Assembly: GCA_963836185.1 (NCBI GenBank)
Contig: CAWIIQ010000001.1
Coordinates: 576,001-640,000 of the forward strand
DNA length: 64,000 bases
Source of the DNA: Candidatus Krumholzibacteriia bacterium
GTDB lineage: Bacteria; Krumholzibacteriota; Krumholzibacteriia; Krumholzibacteriales; Krumholzibacteriaceae
Direction: 5' to 3'
Part shown: positions 1 to 10,672 of the stretch, piece by piece
Numbering within the stretch: the first letter of the stretch is position 1
How the letters are laid out: each line of letters opens with the position of its first letter
Translations under genes and position numbers: made by a program
Notes under the pieces: model-generated
Databases searched by the model: none
What the model was told of the DNA's origin: nothing
What the model saw: only the letters and a program-made list of their open reading frames with translations

Positions 1-305
1 TGAAAGTATACTGAAGTCTTCAGGTTGCCGGGGGCGAGATGCTCGAAAGCGTAGAATGTGACGTTTATCAGCGGCCTGAAGAAATTGACGACGCGGTAGG
101 TGAAGAGGTTCGACGGCGTCATGTCGTATCGCGCCCTGCTCATCCATGAGAAGTCGTCGTTGAAGAGGTAGTTGTCAGAGATGCCGTGGTATGTGACAAG
201 GCAGAGGACGAAGAGCAGAGCGTAGACGGCCGGTGTGAGCCATGCGGGCTCGTCGGGGCCCGTTCTGACGTCATTCGAAAGGTCTATGGATATCCCGGAG
301 CTCAT
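1..305 (-). CDS. Membrane glycosyltransferase, GT-C/PMT-like (5' part; runs off window start)
   Basis: Manual translation from ATG at 305: MSSGISIDL...AVYALLFVLCLVTYHGISDNYLFNDDFSW...NFFRPL; TM helix followed by a DD motif and FRPL; absent from the ORF track because truncated. Confidence 0.6.
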   Translation of the reverse strand, partial: MSSGISIDLSNDVRTGPDEPAWLTPAVYALLFVLCLVTYHGISDNYLFNDDFSWMSRARYDMTPSNLFTYRVVNFFRPLINVTFYAFEHLAPGNLKTSVYF

Positions 306-347
306 GGACCACACTATAGAGCAGCGTGTCCCCGGGGCACAATCGAT

Positions 348-991
348 TTACCTTGCCAGGGATTTTATCGCTCCCCAGCTTGTCTCATCCGTACCTAAGA
401 AGGTGTCCGAATAGTTCCAGGTATTCCCCACGTCCCCCGGGAAGAAACCTGTTCCTGAGACGGTGTGGCTCAGCAGCTCGGCAACACTAGTACCCGTCAA
501 TATCAAAATAGTATTCCTTTACCAGTCCCACGCCGTCAGAGAGCCATAATATCTGTACGGTCGCGTCAGGATCCGAAACTAGATCGATGTCGATCCTGTA
601 ACAGGGAAATGTGCCCGCCGCTGTCGTGACCTGCTCCTGCAGCACGATCGTTGCCAGCGTCTCCTGGCCTCCGTAGTCTATAGCCTCTCCATGTCTCGCC
701 GATGGTCATCGATGAGACAGGACAGTAATATACTCCAGCCGGCAGATATGCCCACGTTGGACCGTCATCACGGACAGCATAGATACGGTACTTTCCATCT
801 TCCTCAAAGACAAAGTAATCACCGTCATGTTCACCGTACTCGATTATTCTGAGTATCGATCCGTCGTGTCCATCCATGGTGCTGTCAGCCGTGATCGTCC
901 GCGTTATGTCTTGAGCCAGGACTGTAGATGGATTCACGCAGAGGAGAAGACAGGCCAGCACAACAAGAGATACGAGTGCATTCGATCTCAT
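348..991 (-). CDS. Exported protein with C-terminal ..SWGAIKSLAR tail (two apparent frameshifts)
   Basis: Signal peptide MRSNALVSLVVLACLLLC...VLA; removing one base near 685 and one near 495 gives a continuous protein (QVTTAAGTFPCYRI...LWLSDGVGLVK...TDETSWGAIKSLAR*), stop at 348-350. Confidence 0.65.
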
Positions 992-1071
992 AACAACCTC
1001 CCTGAACAGATTATCTTCTCTGTGGATTGCTGTCAGGCTACCATATTCCGGCGGGTAATCAAGCGAATAAC

Positions 1072-2398
<1,327 letters not shown>

Positions 2399-2477
2399 GT
2401 TCTTCCTGGTCCGGCGTTTTACAGATCTCTACCCGCCGGACGCGTGGAAAAGAAAGGACCGCAATAATTGCAGCAAT

Positions 2478-2500
2478 AAAAAATAGCCCCCTCTGGGGCT
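2478..2500 (-). terminator. Intrinsic terminator within rhlE leader
   Basis: Minus strand AGCCCC-AGAG-GGGGCT-ATTTTTT between the predicted promoter and the rhlE start. Confidence 0.55.
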
Positions 2501-2549
2501 CTGCGATACACGTTCCGCGAACGCATCACGAACATGCATCATCGAAGTA

Positions 2550-2578
2550 ATGATACCGCAACGGGGCCGCAGGCGCAA
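2550..2578 (-). promoter_or_regulatory. Sigma70-like promoter for rhlE
   Basis: Minus strand TTGCGC-N17-TATCAT. Confidence 0.45.
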
Positions 2579-2835
2579 GGGGAATCCGACCGGACAGTTT
2601 CTCCGTGCTGCAATCTTCAGAGGGGGATCTCAAAGCAATTCAGGCATATTTCATGCTTTGGAGATTCTTTCCAAGTTCTGCCTGGCAAAGAACTAATGGG
2701 TGTAGGTGCCAGATCTGCGGGTCTGTATCAATACAGGCGGGGTGTCCGATCCGCATTCCCGGCACCGGAAGCGCTTTTAGGGTAGAGCGCACATGTTATT
2801 TACTGGTGTCAGTGTTTTTTTCAAAGGAGAGCTTC

Positions 2836-3840
2836 ATGTTCAAGGCACTGCTTCGCTCGTTGCTCGTACTCACCCTGATCGGACTCTTCGGTGGTTGCGG
2901 CGATGACAACAATCCGACCGAGGTTGATAAGGAATTGACCGGTACATTCTCCATCAATGGAGATGCGGCCATGACTGAGAGTGTCAATGTCAACCTGGTC
3001 TTCTCTGTGAGCGGCGCCGACTCGATGCGTTTTCAAAACGAGGGTGGCGACTGGTCCGGCTGGGGATTTATTCTGTCCGGGCAGACCACCATACCGTGGA
3101 CGATTCCCTCTGGTGATGGATTGAAGACAGTCTTCGCCGAGTTCAAGACTACCAGCGGATTATCCCTCGCCCTGGACGATGAGATAGAACTCGATACAGT
3201 CCGGACCCGTATCCTGATCCTGGAAGATGACGGGACTGAGGACAGTATTCAGACGATACTGACCGACGCCGGCTACACCATTACGATGGGCGGCCTCTAT
3301 TACGACTACACAGGTACCGATTTCAGCAACTGGGACCTGGTCATCCTGCTCTACGGGTATGACTATGGCTACGACATCGAAGCTGACATACAGCAGGGCC
3401 TGAAGGACTTCGTCGTCACCGGCGGTGTGCTCCTGACGACGGAATGGTTGACTTACGAGGGTATCGGCTCTGAGGATTGGGAAACATTGATAGACATTTT
3501 GCCGCTGGCCTACAACGATGACTACTGCGACGATGGCGGAGGCGAGTGTCCTGAGACCTATACGAAGATGGTGGATCATCCGATCACCGAGGGCCTGCCC
3601 GCGACATTCCTCACTCCTGCTGACTGGACCTACAGTTTCCTGGCGGCCAACGATTCCACGCTGGCTACCGATGTCCAGGTGCTGTTCCAGGGCTCGAACA
3701 GTGGGAACGCGATGGGTATCGGCAGGCTCGGCCTGGGGTACACGATCCACTGGAGCATGGCCGGAGTCTATGACGGTACCGATATCTGGTCGACGGAGAC
3801 CGTAAGGATCCTGACCAATGTAGCTGCTTTTGCCGACTAG
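2836..3840 (+). CDS. Lipoprotein with Ig-like domain and ThuA/class I GATase-like domain
   Basis: RBS AAGGAGA, ATG 2836, lipobox LFGGC; INGDA..T...V.L..S...DGLKTVFAEFK segment; GGVLLTTE and HPITEGLP. Confidence 0.6.
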   Translation: MFKALLRSLLVLTLIGLFGGCGDDNNPTEVDKELTGTFSINGDAAMTESVNVNLVFSVSGADSMRFQNEGGDWSGWGFILSGQTTIPWTIPSGDGLKTVFAEFKTTSGLSLALDDEIELDTVRTRILILEDDGTEDSIQTILTDAGYTITMGGLYYDYTGTDFSNWDLVILLYGYDYGYDIEADIQQGLKDFVVTGGVLLTTEWLTYEGIGSEDWETLIDILPLAYNDDYCDDGGGECPETYTKMVDHPITEGLPATFLTPADWTYSFLAANDSTLATDVQVLFQGSNSGNAMGIGRLGLGYTIHWSMAGVYDGTDIWSTETVRILTNVAAFAD

Positions 3841-3862
3841 ATTCGTTCAAAGAGAATATCCG

Positions 3863-3891
3863 GGGCGCTCTGTCAGACAGGGCGCCCTTTT
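3863..3891 (+). terminator. Intrinsic terminator
   Basis: GGGCGCTCTGT-CAG-ACAGGGCGCCC-TTTT. Confidence 0.7.
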
Positions 3892-4026
3892 AATATCCCC
3901 GGAGCACGAGTCGGCATAACCGGATCCTTCCATCGGGCAAAGCAGTTTGAATTGATTGCGCGACAGCCCGCATGATAAACTGCCGTCTGGCATGAGATAA
4001 TCGACATGGACTGGGGGTATCAGGTA

Positions 4027-5337
4027 ATGAGACGAGAAACATGCCTGCTGACCGCGGCTATTCTTCTCGCAGCGAATCTATTCGGATGCAACACGGATCC
4101 TGCCGGCGACAATCAGGCTGAGAATCAGGCTCACTATATCATCGATCTTAAAATCAATCCGCTTGATAAAACGATCGAGGTAGCGGGTACAATGCGATTG
4201 CCCCGCGAAAAAATCTCCGCCGATCAGCTTGAGTTCTATCTGCATAATCAGTTCGAGATAACATCCATGGTCTCTGACAGCCCTCTTGATTTCACAATCG
4301 ATTCTGGAGAATCCACGATTCCCTTCTTTCCCGAGGCAATGAAGATCATCATAGTGCCCGAAGGTGAAATCCGCCAGGCAGACACTGTGGAATTCAACTT
4401 CGCGTATAGTGGGAAGATTACGCGATGGCCGGGCTGGAGCGCCAATGTGATCTGGGATGAGTGGACGGAGATCGGCCTTTATTTTCCCTGGTTTCCATTC
4501 AGCTTCGAACTGGGGACCTTTACATACGACCTGAACGTGGTGTGCGACTCGAAATACGGATTGGCTTCGATCGGTGATATCCGGAAGACGGAAACCGGCT
4601 GGTCGATCTCCTGTTCCGACCCGACAAATGACATCGTAGTATGTCTCGCCACCGACTTCATGATTCACGAGAGCGAACTGGAAAAAAACTTGCTGCGCAT
4701 CTACCATTTCAGCATTCCTGACTCGACTCTTGAATTGTTATCTGCGGATATCGCCGGGATAAAGAGAGCTTACAATGAGTGGTTCGGAACGGTGGACCGG
4801 GATATCTGCGTCGTGGAATCCAAACGAATCAAAGGGGGCGGATATGGTCGTATTGGAGGGATATTCCTCGGAGGATTCGATGACAAGTCTTTTGCTCTCA
4901 ATCGTGAACGTTATAACCGCTACCTTGCTCATGAGATCGCTCACCAATGGTGGTACAAGGCCCCGGCGACAAATTGGGAGGATTGGCTGAACGAATCGTT
5001 TGCTGAATACAGCGCACTGGCTCTGATCCGTGAGATATTTGGAGTCGAGATCTTCAGCAAGCGACTCGAAAAAAAGAAAAGCGAGATTATTGACACTTCA
5101 CCCATCTGGGAATTCGACAGGAATAACGATCCCGCTGCCTTTAAAATTCTTTACAGCAAGGGGCCCTTACTGCTCTTCAAGCTCGAGGATAGAATAGGCC
5201 GCGAGGAATTCCAGCGGCTATGTTCGATGGTTTTCAGCGGAAACATCAAGATCACGTCCGATTTCCTTGACTTGCTGGAAACCAGTGAAGGTGAACAAAC
5301 CCGTATGTGGTTCGAAGAACTCTTGAAGACACTCTGA
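4027..5337 (+). CDS. M1-family zinc aminopeptidase-like lipoprotein
   Basis: Lipobox LFGC; HEIAH...WLNESFAEY (HEXXH-X18-E type); YSKG motif. Confidence 0.8.
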   Translation: MRRETCLLTAAILLAANLFGCNTDPAGDNQAENQAHYIIDLKINPLDKTIEVAGTMRLPREKISADQLEFYLHNQFEITSMVSDSPLDFTIDSGESTIPFFPEAMKIIIVPEGEIRQADTVEFNFAYSGKITRWPGWSANVIWDEWTEIGLYFPWFPFSFELGTFTYDLNVVCDSKYGLASIGDIRKTETGWSISCSDPTNDIVVCLATDFMIHESELEKNLLRIYHFSIPDSTLELLSADIAGIKRAYNEWFGTVDRDICVVESKRIKGGGYGRIGGIFLGGFDDKSFALNRERYNRYLAHEIAHQWWYKAPATNWEDWLNESFAEYSALALIREIFGVEIFSKRLEKKKSEIIDTSPIWEFDRNNDPAAFKILYSKGPLLLFKLEDRIGREEFQRLCSMVFSGNIKITSDFLDLLETSEGEQTRMWFEELLKTL

Positions 5338-5356
5338 GCTGGAACTGGATTGAATC

Positions 5357-6439
5357 TCACTGATTCAGGCGCCACAAGCCGAGGTTGTCCATCACGATCC
5401 CTGATGCCACGCTTTGAAAGTGATTTGCCTCATCCTCGGGTAATCCTGCAAGGTATGAAGAGCTCTCGACCGATTCCCTGAAAACCGAGGAATAGATCGC
5501 ACAGGCGGTCAAGTAAGAGCCGCGCAGCGAGGGGTGGTTCCAGTCTGACATGAACAGGTAGTGTTCGGGCGGCTGTTCGAGCATGATGCTGTTCCAGGCC
5601 CAGCCGACAGGTGAGATCACGATATCCACCAGATCCGGATATGTCAGCGTGTTGTCGTATACGAGCTGCTGCATATCGAAATAGTCGTCTGTTCCTCCTG
5701 CCGTCCACAACATACCATCCTCGAAAGCCCACGGCATACAGAACATGATCTCGGTTGCGCTGCAGTTATTGTGGATGGTCTGTTCCAGTGAATTCAGAGC
5801 AGAGACCAGATTGAAATGAGCGCTTTCTGGATAAGCCACGATCCTGCCCACTCCCTGAAGAATGACAAAATCCCAGTCGCGGGAATTGATCATGGAAATG
5901 GTCGTGCTGCTGGTAGTGTGATAATCGAGAAAAACACCAAGTGGTATCACAGCCTCGACTAAGACTTCCTTGTCTTCGGCTTCAGCGAGATCTTCAAACA
6001 TGCCTGGCAGATCGTTATATGCGAAGTAACTGCTCCCGAGGAACAGGACCCTGGCTGGTCCTGTTGGATCCGGAATCAGGGTGTATTGGCCGGTGAATAT
6101 GATCGTGTCGCCGTCTGCTGACAGGATCTCTGAAGGCGGATCGGGTGTGTAGTAGTCCTCGATCGTTTCCCAGCTCAGCTCGTAATCACCTGCGGGCATC
6201 TCGACCAATACAGTATCCCCCGATCCGGCAAGAGAATAATCCCCGGGGCCGGACAGATCCCATGCGAATATGGTGCTGTCAGGTGTCACATCGACGCAGA
6301 CAGTCGCCAGGGGTTCGGGTGTGGGCTCAGGTGTTGCAACCGATTCTTCTTCAGAACATGCGCCAACGGTCATCAGTAAACAGAGCGATATTGATATCAG
6401 GCTGATAATTTGAGAATGATCATATCTTTGTAGTAACAC
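5357..6439 (-). CDS. SGNH/GDSL-like hydrolase lipoprotein, copy 1 (extra N-terminal domain)
   Basis: Lipobox VGAC; VLFLGSSY, WDFVILQ, DWNHPS..GSYL. Confidence 0.75.
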   Translation of the reverse strand: MLLQRYDHSQIISLISISLCLLMTVGACSEEESVATPEPTPEPLATVCVDVTPDSTIFAWDLSGPGDYSLAGSGDTVLVEMPAGDYELSWETIEDYYTPDPPSEILSADGDTIIFTGQYTLIPDPTGPARVLFLGSSYFAYNDLPGMFEDLAEAEDKEVLVEAVIPLGVFLDYHTTSSTTISMINSRDWDFVILQGVGRIVAYPESAHFNLVSALNSLEQTIHNNCSATEIMFCMPWAFEDGMLWTAGGTDDYFDMQQLVYDNTLTYPDLVDIVISPVGWAWNSIMLEQPPEHYLFMSDWNHPSLRGSYLTACAIYSSVFRESVESSSYLAGLPEDEANHFQSVASGIVMDNLGLWRLNQ

Positions 6440-6489
6440 GAACCACCCCTCCCCGGTGACTTGATAAGCGAAAATCCGAGGCCTGGATA

Positions 6490-6518
6490 AAGATAGGCAA
6501 CTGAATGGATCAGGTCAA
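6490..6518 (-). promoter_or_regulatory. Sigma70-like promoter, SGNH copy 1
   Basis: TTGACC-N17-TATCTT on minus strand. Confidence 0.6.
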
Positions 6519-6683
6519 ACCCGGTCGATATTCCGGCAGGGCACCTCGGCCCGGAGGATCAAGCGGATGCGGCCCTCAGGCCAGCCCGGCAACCTTTGGC
6601 ATATAGATGAAATACAAGATTGTCTAAAAATAACTAGACATGACGTGTATTCTTTGCTATTATTCCCGAAAAGGAGAATTGCC

Positions 6684-7436
6684 ATGAGTCACAGGATCAC
6701 AGATTCCGTCACCCCGCAGCAGCTGAAAGAGGGCTACACGAGCACTACAAGTACATTCGAGTGTATCTTCTGCGACGAATCCTTCAGAAAGGGTCATATA
6801 TATCCCTTTGGAAAGGATATGGTGGATGCGGAACTCGCCATGAAAAACCACATTATCTCGGAGCACGGCTCGGCATTTCATGCCCTGCTGGCCCTGGGCA
6901 AGAAGACCACGGGGCTTTCTGATATTCAGCGCACACTGCTGAGTCATTTCTTCGATGGTGTGTCCGACAAGGAGATTCAGCCTCTGGCAGGTGGAGTCAG
7001 TCTCTCGACCATTCGCAATCACCGCTTCGTTCTCCGCGAAAAGGCTCGCCAGGCGAGAGTATTTCTGGCGCTTATGGAACTCATGGAAAGTGGGGAACAG
7101 GACCCCGGTTCCCGGTTCATCGAGATACCCGGCCGGAAGTCAGCTGATGATGAGAGGTTTGCAATCACAAGGGCCGAGTTCACCAAGATCATAAAGGCGA
7201 ACTTCCCGGATGGACCCGACGGAATGCTGGCCCGCATCCCGAAGAAGCAGAAGCACAAGGTTGCCATTCTGATCCAGATCCTGAAGCGCTTCGATGCGGC
7301 CCGCCGCTACAACCAGAGCGAGGTCAACGATATCCTTGCGACAGCATTCGATGATTACACGACGCTGTGCCGGTACATGGTAGACTATGGATTCATGGGA
7401 CGGACGCGGGACGGAGCGGAGTACTGGCTGGAGTAG
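6684..7436 (+). CDS. DUF2087 domain protein with Zn-finger-like and HTH regions (putative regulator)
   Basis: RBS AAGGAG; CIFC...HIISEH; SDKEI...STIRNHR; C-terminal YNQSEVNDIL...DYTTLCRYMVDYGFMGR..DGAEYW. Confidence 0.75.
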   Translation: MSHRITDSVTPQQLKEGYTSTTSTFECIFCDESFRKGHIYPFGKDMVDAELAMKNHIISEHGSAFHALLALGKKTTGLSDIQRTLLSHFFDGVSDKEIQPLAGGVSLSTIRNHRFVLREKARQARVFLALMELMESGEQDPGSRFIEIPGRKSADDERFAITRAEFTKIIKANFPDGPDGMLARIPKKQKHKVAILIQILKRFDAARRYNQSEVNDILATAFDDYTTLCRYMVDYGFMGRTRDGAEYWLE

Positions 7437-7478
7437 AGGCTTACGTCAGCTCGATTACAGAATTGGAGAGTACGTGAT

Positions 7479-8325
7479 ATGATCAGATCCCCAGGTAAAG
7501 AAGAGACCAGGACCTAAGCCGAGATCACAGAACATTATGAAATTGAAAAAGAACTTGCCGATAAGCTTAAAAATACAAACAAAAACGAAAAACGAACTCT
7601 TTACACCTCATTATAAGATGAACTATACAAGCGGGTCCCTAATCATGGACAACTCAGGCGAAAGGCTTCGATAGACGAACAAAAACTGGTAGTAAGTAAT
7701 CAAATGCAATTGCTCGACAGGTATCTGGATGATTAAAAGGTGTTTTTAGAAGTGGGACCCGGGGATTGTGCTTTATCTATATCACGTTGCGAAAAAGGTG
7801 AAAAAAGTATATGCCATCGACGTGAGTAACATGATAACGGAAGCTTCTAGCCTTCCGAACAATTTTTCTCTGATGATATCGAATGGATCCAGTATTCCAG
7901 CGCCGAATGGCAGCGTTGACATTGTTTATTCGAATCAATTAATGGAACATCTGCATCCGGAAGATTCGATGGAACAACTTAAAAATATATATGATTCAAT
8001 CGTTCCTGGCGGTATTTACTTGTGCATCACGCCAAATAGGATAACCGGCCCACATGATATATCTAAGTACTTCCACGAGACAGCAACCGGGTTTCACCTT
8101 AAAGAATATACAATATTCGAACTTAACAGGATGTTCAAATCTGTAGGATTTTCAAAAGTATTAACCTACAACAAAGTACTTGGCAGATACGTCAGGACAC
8201 CTACTGTACTGCCGATGTTTCTGGAAAGACTGATTTTGCAGATGCCGGCAAAACTAAGACAAAAATTGTCAAATAACAATATGGTCAAGCGCATAATTAA
8301 AATACGTATTGTCGGTGTTAAATAG
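7479..8325 (+). pseudogene. Class I SAM-dependent methyltransferase pseudogene, AT-rich
   Basis: From ATG 7479 the frame has TAA stops at 7515, 7614 and 7734, then FLEVGPGDC (motif I) and a frameshift near 7780 into ORF 7768..8325 (YAIDVS, DIVYSNQLMEHL, HLKEY). Confidence 0.8.
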
Positions 8326-8378
8326 TCGCAGGATTGATTGCGAACTGATTGTCGATTGATATGGAATTGGATTGAATG

Positions 8379-9209
8379 TCACTCACCGAGGCGCCACAGG
8401 TCGAGGTTGTCCATCACGATATCGGATGCTACATCCTGAAAGTGACTCGCCTCATTAGCGGGTAATCCGGCAAGGAATGAAGTACCTGCGACCGATTCCC
8501 TGAAAACCGATGAATAGATCACGCAGGCCGTCAGGTAAGAACCGCGCGGGGAAGGGTGGTTCCAGTCTGCCATGAACAGGTAGTGTTCGGGCGGCTGCTC
8601 GAGCATGATACTGTTCCATGCCCAGCCGACCGGTGAGATCACGATATCTGCCAGGTCCGGGTAGGTCAGCGTGTTGTCGTATATGAGCTGCTGCATATCG
8701 AAATAGTCGTCTGTACCTCCGACGGTCCACAGCATGCCATCCTCGAATGCCCACGGCATACAGAACATGATCTCGGTCGTGCTGGAGTTATTGTGGATGG
8801 TCTGCTCCAGTGAACTCAGAACAGAAACCAGATCAAAATTCGCGTCTTCGGGATAAGCTACGATCTTGCCCACTCCCTGAAGAATGACCAGATCCCAGTT
8901 GCGGGAATTGATCGTGGAAATGGTCGTGCTGCTGGTAGCGTGATATTCAAGATAGGTGCCAAGGGGAACCACCTGTTGGATAAAGATTTCCTTGTCTCCA
9001 GCGTCAGCTAGATTTTCAAACATGCCTGGCAGATCGTTATAAGCGAAGTAGCTGCTTCCAATGAACAGGATCTCCATCTGTCCGGATGGCGGCGGAGTCA
9101 GTTGTAGAACAGGTTCATCTTCAGAACAGGCACAAACGGTCATCAACAAAAAGAGTGATATGAATATCAGGTTGATGTGAAGGGGGAAAATATGGAGCCT
9201 GGAAAACAC
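8379..9209 (-). CDS. SGNH/GDSL-like hydrolase lipoprotein, copy 2
   Basis: Lipobox VCAC; ILFIGSSY, DWNHPS; near-identical to the catalytic domain of copy 1. Confidence 0.75.
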   Translation of the reverse strand: MFSRLHIFPLHINLIFISLFLLMTVCACSEDEPVLQLTPPPSGQMEILFIGSSYFAYNDLPGMFENLADAGDKEIFIQQVVPLGTYLEYHATSSTTISTINSRNWDLVILQGVGKIVAYPEDANFDLVSVLSSLEQTIHNNSSTTEIMFCMPWAFEDGMLWTVGGTDDYFDMQQLIYDNTLTYPDLADIVISPVGWAWNSIMLEQPPEHYLFMADWNHPSPRGSYLTACVIYSSVFRESVAGTSFLAGLPANEASHFQDVASDIVMDNLDLWRLGE

Positions 9210-9257
9210 GAACCACCCCTCCCGATTGATTTACGATGCGGGAACCTGCGCTGATAT

Positions 9258-9286
9258 AAAATAGGCAACTGAATGGATCAGGTCAA
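9258..9286 (-). promoter_or_regulatory. Sigma70-like promoter, SGNH copy 2
   Basis: TTGACC-N17-TATTTT. Confidence 0.6.
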
Positions 9287-9337
9287 ATCCGATTGATATT
9301 CTTGTGTTGATCTATCTGACCTGGGATCGATGACCAT

Positions 9338-10552
9338 TCAGTGCTTCTCCCTGACATCCTCGTCTGATTTGTACCCGAAATCGTAGCGCACCGAGAGCTG
9401 AAGCCGACCGAAGGTGCCGTCTGTGCTGTCCTCGAGCACCCGCCGGGCATACATCACTTCGCCGCCGAAGGTGAGCTTGGGAATGGGGGAATAGAGCAGG
9501 TTGACAGAGTAGCTCTGCGCTTCATCGTTCACAGCGCCTCCGGTCACTTCGCGGTCGTTGTTGGCCGCAAACGCCGATACGTTAAGGCTTGTGCGCAGCT
9601 TGTCGTTCCACCAGTGGCGGTAGCCGATAAAACCACAAACGAGGTCGATATTGTGGAGATTGCCATTGTTGTCAAGCGCTGAGGAGTTGACGTAGTTCAG
9701 GGCTGCGTAACGGCCGAGTCCCCGTCCGGCGGTCGTCTGCAGCAGGAACTCGTCACGCTGACCGACCTTGATCTTCGTGCCCAGACTGAGCCCGTACCCC
9801 AACTCGCTGTCTTCCACGGTCTGCGTCTCATCAAGGGCGGAAGGGCCTTTGTAATGTAGTTCGCGCCCTAGAAGCGAGATGCCGAGGGTGCCCCAGTCGC
9901 CGGCGAAGTCACGGCGGACGACGAGATCAGGCAGGCGGCTCGCCTCGGTCACAACTCCGACGGGGCCGTTTTCCGTATTAACACTCACGGCCGTCTCAGG
10001 ATTCTCCAGCGAGATCTTCCAGGCACCGGCAGATAGACGTACCTGGGGCTGGCGGCAGAAGATAATTCCTTCTCCCGCACCGGAGAAATCGAGGTCCTCC
10101 GGCAGTACGATGATCATGAAGGTTGTCCACGTCTGGCCGAAGAGCCAGTTGTCGTACTCGAGGAAGATGTGCCGAAGGCGCGGATTGAAGGAGTTGCTCA
10201 CCTTCTCGTCACCCTGACTCGCCAGCAGGAAATCCATTTCCAGGAATACACGCAAGGTACGTTCACCCACCGGCGTCAGGGTCTGGAAGTGGAAGCGTGA
10301 TTCCTTGACATGAAAGTCGAGGTTGTAGTTCCCATCATTCTCACCAACAGGAATCTGGCTGGGCAGGTGGATGTCGCGCTGTGGATTGCCCAGTGGGACA
10401 TCTCCGTTACGGTAGTATGTCGACAGGACGTCGAGCTTGATGAAGCCGCCGTAGGAGAATTTGGTTTCGCCAGCCATGGCCGGTCCCGCAGTGGCCACCA
10501 ATACCAGAACGAGGAAGGTAAGGACAGTCTGCTGTATGTTTTTCGAATCCAA
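9338..10552 (-). CDS. DcaP-family outer membrane porin
   Basis: Signal peptide; YGGFIKLD, ESRF, PRLRH, GQTWTTF, RQPQVR, SLENPE, PDLV. Confidence 0.8.
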   Translation of the reverse strand: MDSKNIQQTVLTFLVLVLVATAGPAMAGETKFSYGGFIKLDVLSTYYRNGDVPLGNPQRDIHLPSQIPVGENDGNYNLDFHVKESRFHFQTLTPVGERTLRVFLEMDFLLASQGDEKVSNSFNPRLRHIFLEYDNWLFGQTWTTFMIIVLPEDLDFSGAGEGIIFCRQPQVRLSAGAWKISLENPETAVSVNTENGPVGVVTEASRLPDLVVRRDFAGDWGTLGISLLGRELHYKGPSALDETQTVEDSELGYGLSLGTKIKVGQRDEFLLQTTAGRGLGRYAALNYVNSSALDNNGNLHNIDLVCGFIGYRHWWNDKLRTSLNVSAFAANNDREVTGGAVNDEAQSYSVNLLYSPIPKLTFGGEVMYARRVLEDSTDGTFGRLQLSVRYDFGYKSDEDVREKH

Positions 10553-10621
10553 GATCGACTCCTGTTCTGTAACTCATTAAAGACAGCCCTCTACCATTTG
10601 AGCAGGAACTTGCATCCAAGG

Positions 10622-10650
10622 AAAATATGTAACCGACCTGGTCAGGTCAA
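10622..10650 (-). promoter_or_regulatory. Sigma70-like promoter for DcaP porin
   Basis: TTGACC-N17-TATTTT, context similar to the SGNH promoters. Confidence 0.55.
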
Positions 10651-10672
10651 TTCCGATTGTTCGTGAGCCCTG

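Larger units (their letters stand above)
5341..9301. repeat. Direct duplication of SGNH gene with flanks (5341-6533 and 8363-9301)
   Basis: Near-identical coding DNA; shared upstream AACCACCCCTCCC and ATAGGCAACTGAATGGATCAGGTCAAA; shared downstream GGAAYTGGATTGAAT. Confidence 0.85.
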
